64,000 nucleotides of DNA, taken from the NCBI GenBank assembly GCA_002269645.1, contig NIVC01000449.1, positions 1 to 64,000 on the forward strand, read 5' to 3'. Position 1 is the stretch's first letter, and every line of letters starts with the position of its first letter. The DNA is from Macrostomum lignano. Lineage: Eukaryota. The notes below the pieces were generated by a model, which saw only the letters and a list, made by a program, of their open reading frames with translations, had not been told where the DNA came from and ran no database searches. The position numbers and the translations under genes were made by a program. Shown here piece by piece: positions 10,763 to 20,285 of the stretch.

Positions 10763-13700
10763 GTGAGTAAGACCATGAGACCAGAATTTTGTGACTGTTT
10801 TCAGCGTAGTATTCTGCTTGGGTAAAGTATTTCTTTGGTGCAGTTCGGAAGCGGTTGGTAAAAATTGCTAAGGATATACTTTTTACGCAAGTATACTCAG
10901 CAACATTAAAAAGTCGCCACTCTATTCGCTACTGAGCAATTTCTCTTGGACTGTTCTGAGGTGAGGTGAGGTAGCTGAGGTGCGTCACCCGCAAGATTGA
11001 GAGACTTTACCTGCACTCTCAAAAGTGGCGACCACAGACGGAATCTTCTGTGATGGCGACTTTTTAATGTTGCTGAGTATATTAGGCTAAGCGAAGTGCG
11101 AACGCGGGAACGAGAGTAGAAGTGAATAAGAAATAGAGGGAGAAAAGGTGAACACAGAAAGTATATGCAAATTGAAATATATGGCGTGTCTGCTCGCAGG
11201 TGAAAATTAGGCTTCGCAGCCCTCAGAACGTCAATGGTATTGTTGTGAGCCTCGTCCTCCAGAGCAACGCCTACAGCTGAACCCTGTTGGGAAGCTGCGA
11301 CCCCCAGGTCCCCCGTTAGGGCTCCCGTCCCGCGCCCCAGGGAGAAGCAGGAAAAGGACAGAGCAGAACTCACGAGCTTCCGCGCAAAACCGATGCAGTT
11401 CGCACAAGTAATTAGTTTGTTTTGACGTAGCCAACGATAGGACCAAAAGAACGCAAGGCCGCGGCTGCCCACTGGACAGCAAATTCATTGTATTTATTTT
11501 GTGACCCTCGAGTACATGTCTACTTTTTGAACCAATTTACGGTACAGCAGAGGAGGTGGGTGGGGTGGCGTGATCAGCGTACGCATTGATTATCGATTGG
11601 AGGGGTGGGCAGACTGAAAGGGTTGGGGCGGGGCAGGAGGGCGCGAAAGGGCACGATTGCACAACAGTATTGGTATAATTTTAGTGACCCCATGGCACGA
11701 CGAAAGATAAACGAGCAAGGCGGTCTCATAATGCCAATAATTATAGTGGTGTAATACTTAACTATATAAACAAAAACAAGGAGTGAAAAAACAAACAAAC
11801 ATCTGATTACGGTTAGCTACTGTAGCTACAAACAAGAAGTTACACTGACGGAGGGCTTCGTCTGGAAATAGGAGCTCGTACAACTCCATGATTTGTGCCG
11901 CCTGAGAATCTCAGACTCAACTGCTGTGAGAGCCCTCCCTTCCTCCCTTCCCACATTGCAGAAGTCCAGAAGCCCGGAAGCTAGCCGCTCCAAGCTTGGA
12001 TTCGGGCCTCCATCGGTGAGTTCAGCTTTCACTGCAGCACTGCGCCTTCCAACAGGCTGGCAGCTTGAGGCAGAAATTTCAGCGAAACTCAGGAGGGTTG
12101 AGATTGGGCTGGACTGAGTGCTGCAGCAGCTGCACTCTCAGCTCTCCTGCTTGAGATGCCAGTCTGAGTGCTGCAGCAGCTGCACTCTCAGCTCTCCTGC
12201 TTGAGATGCCAGTCTGAGTGCTGCAGCAGCTGCACTCTCAGCTCTCCTGCTTGAGATGCCAGTCTGAGTGCTGCAGCAGCTGCACTCTCAGCTCTCCTGC
12301 TTGAGATGCCAGTCTGAGTGCTGCAGCAGCTGCACTCTCAGCTCTCCTGCTTGAGATGCCAGTCTGAGTGCTGCAGCAGCTGCACTCTCAGCTCTCCTGC
12401 TTGAGATGCCAGTCTGAGTGCTGCAGCAGCTGCACTCTCAGCTCTCCTGCTTGAGATGCCAGTCTGAGTGCTGCAGCAGCTGCACTCTCAGCTCTCCTGC
12501 TTGAGATGCCAGTCTGAGTGCTGCAGCAGCTGCACTCTCAGCTCTCCTGCTTGAGATGCCAGTCTGAGTGCTGCAGCAGCTGCACTCTCAGCTCTCCTGC
12601 TTGAGATGCCAGTCTGAGTGCTGCAGCAGCTGCACTCTCAGCTCTCCTGCTTGAGATGCCAGTCTGAGTGCTGCAGCAGCTGCACTCTCAGCTCTCCTGC
12701 TTGAGATGCCAGTCTGAGTGCTGCAGCAGCTGCACTCTCAGCTCTCCTGCTTGAGATGCCAGTCTGAGTGCTGCAGCAGCTGCACTCTCAGTTCTCCTGC
12801 TTGAGATGCCAGTCTGAGTGCTGCAGCAGCTGCACTCTCAGCTCTCCTGCTTGAGATGCCAGTCTGAGTGCTGCAGCAGCTGCACTCTCAGCTCTCCTGC
12901 TTGAGATGCCAGTCTGAGTGCTGCAGCAGCTGCACTCTCAGCTCTCCTGCTTGAGATGCCAGTCTGAGTGCTGCAGCAGCTGCACTCTCAGCTCTCCTGC
13001 TTGAGATGCCAGTCTGAGTGCTGCAGCAGCTGCACTCTCAGCTCTCCTGCTTGAGATGCCAGTCTGAGTGCTGCAGCAGCTGCACTCTCAGCTCTCCTGC
13101 TTGAGATGCCAGTCTGAGTGCTGCAGCAGCTGCACTCTCAGCTCTCCTGCTTGAGATGCCAGTCTGAGTGCTGCAGCAGCTGCACTCTCAGCTCTCCTGC
13201 TTGAGATGCCAGTCTGAGTGCTGCAGCAGCTGCACTCTCAGCTCTCCTGCTTGAGATGCCAGTCTGAGTGCTGCAGCAGCTGCACTCTCAGCTCTCCTGC
13301 TTGAGATGCCAGTCTGAGTGCTGCAGCAGCTGCACTCTCAGTTCTCCTGCTTGAGATGCCAGTCTGAGTGCTGCAGCAGCTGCACTCTCAGCTCTCCTGC
13401 TTGAGATGCCAGTCTGAGTGCTGCAGCAGCTGCACTCTCAGCTCTCCTGCTTGAGATGCCAGTCTGAGTGCTGCAGCAGCTGCACTCTCAGCTCTCCTGC
13501 TTGAGATGCCAGTCTGAGTGCTGCAGCAGCTGCACTCTCAGCTCTCCTGCTTGAGATGCCAGTCTGAGTGCTGCAGCAGCTGCACTCTCAGCTCTCCTGC
13601 TTGAGATGCCAGTCTGAGTGCTGCAGCAGCTGCACTCTCAGCTCTCCTGCTTGAGATGCCAGTCTGAGTGCTGCAGCAGCTGCACTCTCAGCTCTCCTGC

Positions 13701-16700
13701 TTGAGATGCCAGTCTGAGTGCTGCAGCAGCTGCACTCTCAGCTCTCCTGCTTGAGATGCCAGTCTGAGTGCTGCAGCAGCTGCACTCTCAGCTCTCCTGC
13801 TTGAGATGCCAGTCTGAGTGCTGCAGCAGCTGCACTCTCAGCTCTCCTGCTTGAGATGCCAGTCTGAGTGCTGCAGCAGCTGCACTCTCAGCTCTCCTGC
13901 TTGAGATGCCAGTCTGAGTGCTGCAGCAGCTGCACTCTCAGCTCTCCTGCTTGAGATGCCAGTCTGAGTGCTGCAGCAGCTGCACTCTCAGCTCTCCTGC
14001 TTGAGATGCCAGTCTGAGTGCTGCAGCAGCTGCACTCTCAGCTCTCCTGCTTGAGATGCCAGTCTGAGTGCTGCAGCAGCTGCACTCTCAGCTCTCCTGC
14101 TTGAGATGCCAGTCTGAGTGCTGCAGCAGCTGCACTCTCAGCTCTCCTGCTTGAGATGCCAGTCTGAGTGCTGCAGCAGCTGCACTCTCAGCTCTCCTGC
14201 TTGAGATGCCAGTCTGAGTGCTGCAGCAGCTGCACTCTCAGCTCTCCTGCTTGAGATGCCAGTCTGAGTGCTGCAGCAGCTGCACTCTCAGCTCTCCTGC
14301 TTGAGATGCCAGTCTGAGTGCTGCAGCAGCTGCACTCTCAGCTCTCCTGCTTGAGATGCCAGTCTGAGTGCTGCAGCAGCTGCACTCTCAGCTCTCCTGC
14401 TTGAGATGCCAGTCTGAGTGCTGCAGCAGCTGCACTCTCAGCTCTCCTGCTTGAGATGCCAGTCTGAGTGCTGCAGCAGCTGCACTCTCAGTTCTCCTGC
14501 TTGAGATGCCAGTCTGAGTGCTGCAGCAGCTGCACTCTCAGCTCTCCTGCTTGAGATGCCAGTCTGAGTGCTGCAGCAGCTGCACTCTCAGCTCTCCTGC
14601 TTGAGATGCCAGTCTGAGTGCTGCAGCAGCTGCACTCTCAGCTCTCCTGCTTGAGATGCCAGTCTGAGTGCTGCAGCAGCTGCACTCTCAGCTCTCCTGC
14701 TTGAGATGCCAGTCTGAGTGCTGCAGCAGCTGCACTCTCAGCTCTCCTGCTTGAGATGCCAGTCTGAGTGCTGCAGCAGCTGCACTCTCAGCTCTCCTGC
14801 TTGAGATGCCAGTCTGAGTGCTGCAGCAGCTGCACTCTCAGCTCTCCTGCTTGTTCTGTCCATCAAATTTTGAGAGAATCACCCACACGTATCTCGGATC
14901 ATTCCAGGCTCCCAGACGACTCCCAGCAAGACAGGCGCCTGAACGAGGAGCTGCATCGACTGCTCAGCAATGCGGGATTCACCGAGCAGAGAGCAAAGTG
15001 TCAGCAGAGACTGGCTGACTGGCTGGAAGAAGTCGCTCGAGTCCTCACACAGGATGGCAGGCAGATGACGGGCAGCTACGCAGAGGGCTGGGCCAACAGT
15101 CTGGTGCAAGTGAACGGCAGGACAGCTGCAGACTCGGACATTGACTGGACTGTGCTGGTTGCTGGGCAGCAGTTTCATCTGGAAGGCGGCTGCGATGGAC
15201 AAGAAAGTTTACGGGATTCCTGCAGAGACGCCACTCGGCTGCAGGTCAGGGAGGGCCACGCACAAGTGGCAGTGGGAGCAGGTGAGTGAGGCTGGGTTCA
15301 TCATCAGAATGCTGAGATCCGCATGCAACTGGAATCCCATTAACATTGCTCAATTTTAAATTCGCAACCGAGTGGCCCGCAGCCTCAAAGCGACTATTCG
15401 CTCACTGCGCTCTGCAGGCAGCCAACCTGCACTGACAGCCATGGCGTGCGGTGTGCGGCCTGCACAGGACACGTGCCATGCGATCCTGTGCTGCAGCAGA
15501 TTCTGTGAAGACAGAATTAGAAAACTGCTTAGAGACAGTCCTAAGAAAGTTCACCTCGTTCAAGCGACCAGACCGAGCTCGACCAACGAGCTCAGAGTGA
15601 GCTTCAGCTTCCAAGAGAAAGACATCATGAGACGGCTGAGCACAGTCCAGGGCCAGCTGTTCACACTCATCAAGTTCATCTTCAAGAGACACTTGCCGCT
15701 CACTCTGGACACACCTGGACTCAAGACCTACCATGCAAAGACTCTGCTCTTCACAATGCTGGAGAAGCATTGCAGACAGGACTCGGAATGCTCAAGCGAC
15801 TCGGACAATTTGAAAGACTGTACACAAGTAGAGGCTTGGCAGCCCCACAATCTGAGACATTTCACAACTCCGAAAAAGCATGGCACAGATCCTGAAACTA
15901 AGGCTTGGCAGCTAAGGAGGCGCTTTAAAGTGCTGAAGAAGCATGGCACAGATCCTTGGTTGACAGCTTGGCAGCCCCACAATCTGATCGCTCTGCTCAA
16001 GGAGTCTCTCGACATGATGCTAAGCTTCATCGACTCGAGCAGCTCGCCCGATGAGTGCATGCCGCACTTCTTCATGCCCGACGCTCCGCTCTACTTCAAG
16101 AACGCTGGAATCGGCGGCGACTTCGACAACACGAAGGCGAGGGTTCGAGACCGACTTTGTGAGGTGAGAAGCGACATCGGAGGAGTGGTCGAGCAGCTGA
16201 GGAGACTCGTGAGACCTCTGCAGTCAGAGAAGTTCTACTTTCACCCGTTCACTCTGTTGCCTCTGATAGCGCCGCCTGCTGTCAGGGAGATCAGGGAAGA
16301 AAGTGAATATCCAGAAATGTACCACAAGTTCTCAGACGGGTACAGTATGGTTCATCAGTGTGTTAGAGAGCTGCACCCGTTCACTCTGTTTCCTCTGACA
16401 GCACCTCCTGCTGTCACAGAGATCAGGGAAGGAATTTTTAGCAATGAGTTTTATTACAAGTTCGCAAACGTGTACAGTGTGGTGCACCAGTGTGTGAGCG
16501 AGCTGCAGTCGGAATCGAGCGACAGAGACACTCTGATGAGGCAGCTCAGTCTCCTGCATGAGCTGCAGTGGTGCAAGTGCGCCGCCCTGTGCATGACCGC
16601 CATGGCGCATTTGAAGTTCGGAGAATCTCAGGAGGCTGAGAGACTCGCGATGGAGCTGCAGAGACATCAGGTTCAGTCGGGGTTGAAGGCTCAGGATATT

Positions 16701-17369
16701 CAAACAGATGAATGCTATTACCAAACTAGTTTGCCAGAAGACTCAGACTGGGCGTGGAGGTTCTGCCTCCCCTGCGACTCTCCGCCTCGCATCCCATTCC
16801 TTCCCGAGTTCACGCAGACTCTGTTCACAGCCAGACTGTCGCAGCCCCTCTCCTCCTACCTGTACGTGAACTTCCGCTGCCTGAGCTGGAGTCTCCAAGC
16901 TGAGCTGCTCCGCAATCGCGCACCTGCAATCGCATTCGATCATTGGATTGAACAGCTGCTTGGAGACCCGGACTTTGAGGAGCTGCTCACTCTGGCTCAC
17001 TACAGCGACTGCCGCCAGCACGTGGAGCTCAGCCTGCAGCAGATGGAGATGATCGAGAAAGAGAGACGCGTCGCCATGGAGCCGCAGGACGAGGAGAAGA
17101 TCGGCTGGGTCAGGCAGAAGCGGTGGCGAGTTTCGAACCGCAGCGGCAGCGACAGCGGCGCTTACCGCAGCAGGGAAGATGAGGAGCGGAGGCTGTGGGC
17201 GAGGGCGAGGCTGCGGCGAGACGGGGCCGACTTGGGTCGCCTGGTTGCCATGGAAACTGCAGCGGAGCAGAGAGACAGCTGGACTCACGCCAAGCTCAGT
17301 GGGATGAGACCTCACCTGAGTGACCTGAGGACTTCGTTGCTCAGATTTTCAAGTTTTGCAGGACTGTAA
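9406..17369 (+). CDS. Ankyrin-repeat / cGAS-like (Mab-21 fold) nucleotidyltransferase fusion protein (cGLR family), ~1227 aa if the frameshift is corrected
   Basis: Model: 9406-10762, 14908-15281 and 15418-17369. Intron 10763-14907 starts GTGAGT and ends tcattccAG, phase 2/2. Intron 15282-15417 starts GTGAGT and ends tctgcAG, phase 1/1. The exons sum to 3683 nt, plus 1 nt missing at 9794-9801, giving 3684 = 1228 codons. Confidence 0.75.
10892..11081. mobile_element. MITE (~190 bp) with 28-bp perfect inverted ends terminating in TATA, Tc1/mariner-like (TA target), intronic
   Basis: tatactcagcaacattaaaaagtcgcca (10892-10919) is the exact reverse complement of tggcgactttttaatgttgctgagtata (11054-11081). 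Confidence 0.85.
12114..14853. repeat. Near-perfect 50-bp tandem array (ctgagtgctgcagcagctgcactctcagctctcctgcttgagatgccagt), 54.8 copies, intronic in the cGLR model
   Basis: Exact 50-nt period. The only variants seen are C>T changes at 12792, 13342 and 14492. Confidence 0.98.
14908..15281 (+). CDS. cGLR exon carrying the nucleotidyltransferase signature MTGSYAEG...DSDIDW
   Basis: Lies within ORF 14768-15289. The hGS...DhD motif is typical of the Pol-beta NTase superfamily (Mab-21/cGAS). Flanked by phase-matched splice sites. Confidence 0.88.
15418..17369 (+). CDS. cGLR exon: rest of the NTase core, the Mab-21 helical domain and a C-terminal helical extension
   Basis: Lies within ORF 15372-17369. 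Contains Mab-21-type motifs LRVSFSFQEK, LFTLIKFIFK, LKTYHAKTLLFTMLE, AWQPHNLIALLKESL and PHFFMP. The Asp in QDTCHAILCC is a candidate third catalytic residue. Confidence 0.9.
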
Positions 17370-19057
17370 TTTTCAAACCCAATTACTGAATACTTTTACC
17401 GTTTTTGCTTTCCTGTTTTCCTTATCGTTTTATCATTTGATTCATAAGTTTTTGTACATGCTCTTGGGTTATTGTGCATAGATCATACTTTGTTGCTGAC
17501 TCAGTTAAGTAATTTAGTTGCTTTTTAAGAAAATGAGCACATCGAGAGCCATCGAGTGCGAGCAGCCCTCGTGCTATGAACTGCAGTTTTGTACATTTGT
17601 GCTGCAATTCAATCCACACTGCATGCTGAATTGCTTTTCCCTTCAAACTGCGTGTCTGCTTTGACTGCTTGACGTGGACTTTTCTCTGCAATTTTGTTAT
17701 GCCGATTTCAATACCCAATTGCCCATGCTGTTTACTGAAATATTCAAGCCAAACTTGTAGCAGTGATCTGCATGAACCTGGAAAATTCGAAGGTCGTCGC
17801 CTGGGTCAGGGAGAAGCTGGAGAGATTTGATGCCGCAGCTTGAGTTGAACACGAAATTTTGTAAGCTTCTCTGGCATTTTTAAGAAATTTAGTTTAAAAA
17901 AAAACCGTTTCTTAAATATTTAACTTTTTTATATCCAAAATAATACGTGCACATTCTCCTGCTAATTTCAATACAATCAGTCTGCTATTTGTTTTTATAA
18001 TGTACTTTCATCATGTACTTATATCATGTACATTCACCATGTACATTCATCATGTACATTCATCATGTACTTTCAACATGTACTTTCAACATGTACTTTC
18101 ATCGTGTACTCTACTCTTCAGTCTCCGTTATTTGATCCATTGCTGTCATGTCCCAGTAATCATATTTACAAGAACAATCTCAAATGATAAAACGCGTTAG
18201 TCCCTACCGTCGGTAGTATTACTCGTAGGTTGCTTCATTAAATTTTTTTAGCGTTTTTAGCGTGTTTGCTTGCTTGTGACGATTTGCAAAAAAGTTTTAA
18301 CTCACTATTTTTGCTTTCAATGCTGCCTTCGGAATGCCTACTTTTCTAATGTTTCAAGTTGCTTTATTAAAAAGCCAACATTTCATTATTCTGGCCTTCA
18401 TGAAATTCTTGAATACGAAAAGAGATCCCCTGATCACCTGTAAGATCCCCAAACCTAAAACGAGCCCGTGATCGGACGTCATTCTTTTTATCCGAAGCTC
18501 TGCAGACTGCCAGTAGATTCTGCCCAGAGGCTTGAAGCCGGTATCTTCTTATATACTAAATTTTTAACTCAACAAGCCGTGACCTCTCGTCTCTCTCGTC
18601 TCTCTCTCTCTCTCTCTCTCTACTTCTTCCCTTTCCTCCATCATTCTCTCTTCTTTACTCTTATCTCTCTCTCCTTTCTCTCCTTTCCCTATTCTCTACC
18701 ACCTCTACCCTCTCCTCTCTGACTCTCCCCTCCTTTCTCTCCTCCATCCCCCTTCCAACTCGTTTCTTCATTATCTCCCCTCTTCTATTCCCTCTCCTCT
18801 CTTTTTTCATCCCTCATCTTCTATTCCTCTCCTTTTCACTCATATGGCCCAATCAAACAGATAACTGTAGTAATGGGTGCAAATGGATATAATATTACGT
18901 TGTTACGAGAGTCTCGTAACTTTCATAAATAAGTTTTGCTCCCTCATGAACAGTCAGTTACTGACAGCCTGACAGCTCCCTCATGAACATTCAGTGACTG
19001 ACAGCCTGACAGCTCCCTCATGAACATTCAGTGACTGACTGACCTGAAGTCACTAAA

Positions 19058-19559
19058 GTGAACCCCCTGCCAGATCCCTGCAGTGAATCCCCTGCCAGAT
19101 CCCTGCAGTGAATCCCCTGCCAGATCCCTGCAGTGAATCCCCTGCCAGATCCCTGAAGTGAATCCCCTGCCAGATCCCTGCAGTGAATCCCCTGCCAGAT
19201 CCCTGCAGTGAATCCCCTGCCAGATCCCTGCAGTGAATCCCCTGCCAGATCCCTGCAGTGAATCCCCTGCCAGATCCCTGCAGTGAATCCCCTGCCAGAT
19301 CCCTGCAGTGAATCCCCTGCCAGATCCCTGCAGTGAATCCCCTGCCAGATCCCTGCAGTGAATCCCCTGCCAGATCCCTGCAGTGAATCCCCTGCCAGAT
19401 CCCTGCAGTGAATCCCCTGCCAGATCCCTGAAGTGAATCCCCTGCCAGATCCCTGAAGTGAATCCCCTGCCAGATCCCTGAAGTGAATCCCCTGCCAGAT
19501 CCCTGAAGTGAATCCCCTGCCAGATCCCTGAAGTGATCATCCCCTGCCAGATCCCTGAA
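19058..19559. repeat. 25-bp minisatellite (gtgaatcccctgccagatccctgca), ~20 copies
   Basis: Direct periodicity. It explains ORFs 19028-19598. Confidence 0.95.
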
Positions 19560-20285
19560 GACAACAATGCCTGCATGAAACGCTGACAAAAACAACAAAG
19601 GTCAGCCAGGCAGTCGAAGAATCCCCCATGGCAGCCTGCTGCATCAGCAGCTGCACCTCCTGAACGTCTGGCTGTGGGTGGCGACTCGGCGCGGATGACT
19701 CGCTCTGAAGCAGCTAAAGTGCAGCGGCCAGCGCCGCGTTAACCTGCGGTTCGAGCGACTCCTTCAGCGTCCTGGTTTCGGCGTTGCCTGCAGCTGGTCA
19801 TGCAGGGCCTCGGACTGCAGGACCGCCCTCACACAGCCGAAGGTTTTGGTAAAAATTACATAACAATAACTGTGCTCAGAAATAATCTGTCTCAGACGTT
19901 TGCATTCTTAGATACACACGCTCGTACAGGGTGTACAGCGGGCCTGACATTCAAAACGTCAGGCATGTACACTTCTCTGTGCCTTTGGGGTTGGCCGTCA
20001 CGGCTGTGAGTCGTACGACAACCCCCTTTTGACAGTCTTTGAGCACACAAGCCCCAAGTGAATGCGGCCGCGCCCGGAGTGTCGAACGGCTGAGATGCTT
20101 TGCCCCATAAGCTAAAAAAGTACACGATCAGCGACTCTAAAATGTTCAGTGCAATTGGATGGCTCTGACTCACTACTGTCTACTTATTTTTCAGATTGTT
20201 AGTAATATGTAAGGAGAATGCTGAGGTAAATTTCATGACGATTATTTATTATCTGTCTATTAATATGAGATGTGACAGAGTTAGC

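Noticed and set aside
12114-14853. CRISPR-like array (also considered for 31360-32560 and 47495-49856)
   Set aside because: Units are contiguous with no unique spacers, there are no cas genes, and the context is eukaryotic.
12056-14907. Model in which the 50-bp array lies inside a coding exon
   Set aside because: The unit is not a multiple of 3 and has a TGA in the relevant frame. The direct phase-2 splice 10762/14908 is simpler.
15402-17315. Antisense ORFs overlapping the cGLR exon (likewise those over the ankyrin exon and the transposase)
   Set aside because: They are shadow frames of GC-rich coding sequence with no recognisable motifs.
19600-20130. GC-rich exon-like segments on both strands
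   Set aside because: One has an in-frame stop and neither gives a recognisable protein or a consistent splice chain.
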